Positions 52,266-52,729 of a stretch of DNA of 52,729 nucleotides are shown here, in pieces; position 1 is the first letter of the stretch, and every line of letters begins with the position of its first letter. Under the pieces are notes generated by a model that was not told the DNA's origin, searched no databases, and saw only the letters and a list, made by a program, of their open reading frames with translations. Made by a program: the position numbers and the translations under genes. This DNA is from an uncultured Gammaproteobacteria bacterium (lineage in GTDB: Bacteria; Myxococcota_A; UBA9160; SZUA-336): NCBI GenBank assembly GCA_964194645.1, contig CAXMNF010000001.1:1-52729 (forward strand), given 5' to 3'.

Positions 52266-52583
52266 CTAGAGCTTGATCTCGACGTCGACGCCGGCTGCGA
52301 GCTCGAGCTTCATCAGCGCATCGACGGTCTGTGGGGTCGGATCGAGGATGTCGATCAGACGCCGGTGGGTTCGGATCTCGAACTGCTCGCGCGCCTTCTT
52401 GTCCACGTGGGGGCCACGCAGCACGGTGTACTTGGAGATCGACGTGGGCAGCGGAATCGGCCCCGCGGTGCGCGAGCCCGTGCGGCCCGCGGTATCGAGG
52501 ATCTCCGAAGCGCTCTGGTCGAGCAGCTTGTGATCGTACGCTTTGATCCGGATGCGGATTTTGTTTGCTGCGGTCTGGGCCAT
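52266..52583 (-). CDS. rpsJ: 30S ribosomal protein S10
   Basis: [21 protein letters not shown]...GPIPLPT...[33 protein letters not shown]. Confidence 0.95.
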   Translation of the reverse strand: MAQTAANKIRIRIKAYDHKLLDQSASEILDTAGRTGSRTAGPIPLPTSISKYTVLRGPHVDKKAREQFEIRTHRRLIDILDPTPQTVDALMKLELAAGVDVEIKL

Positions 52584-52588
52584 TTCCC

Positions 52589-52729
52589 CTACTCGATGAT
52601 GTCGGCGACGACGCCGGCACCGACCGTGCGGCCACCCTCGCGGATCGCGAAGCGCAGCCCCTGGTCCATCGCGATCGGCGTGATCAGATCCACCGTGATC
52701 GAGATGTTGTCGCCCGGCATCACCATCTC
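52589..52729 (-). CDS. tuf: Elongation factor Tu, C-terminal 46 codons only (5' part beyond the right edge)
   Basis: Hand translation of the minus strand: [46 protein letters not shown]. Stop TAG at 52589..52591, 5 nt before the rpsJ ATG. Confidence 0.9.
   Translation of the reverse strand, partial: EMVMPGDNISITVDLITPIAMDQGLRFAIREGGRTVGAGVVADIIE

Overview
Very GC-rich bacterial chromosomal window (GC not computed; third codon positions are almost all G/C, so the six-frame track holds many long spurious ORFs). Nearly all of it is conserved housekeeping. From about 10.9 kb to the right edge, every gene I accept is on the minus strand. In transcription order these are: the 3' end of tuf, then the S10-spc-alpha ribosomal supercluster (rpsJ to rplQ, including secY-adk-map and rpmJ). 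Next come a TlpA-like thiol-disulfide oxidoreductase, ftsB, argS, a SPOR protein, an rfbD-like reductase and UDP-glucuronate decarboxylase. Then lepA-lepB, pyrR-pyrB-pyrC-carA-carB, recG, lipA, aminotransferase-hom-thrC-glpX-ribE, khpA plus a V4R-PAS histidine kinase, and a TPR protein. Last are three small, apparently monocistronic units: a 32-aa bS22-like ORF below the track size cutoff, a Lys/Arg repeat histone-H1-like protein, and rpoZ. The left 11 kb holds a plus-strand pilT-family ATPase followed by a histidine-kinase-like gene, three exported proteins of unknown function, a class V aminotransferase, and a dGTPase-like operon with two unknown proteins. I found no rRNA, tRNA, CRISPR array, transposase or integrase, and no recognisable defence or mobile island, so I cannot point to a clear novel multi-gene system. 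The observations most worth a second look are: (1) the kinase-like gene after pilT has Tyr in place of the phospho-acceptor His (DivL-like); (2) rplC is absent between rpsJ and rplD; (3) the cluster of extremely basic small proteins (bS22-like, histone-like) with clean promoters and terminators; (4) a PyrR-binding-loop-like hairpin covering the pyrR ribosome binding site; (5) unknown proteins translationally coupled to the dGTPase-like gene.
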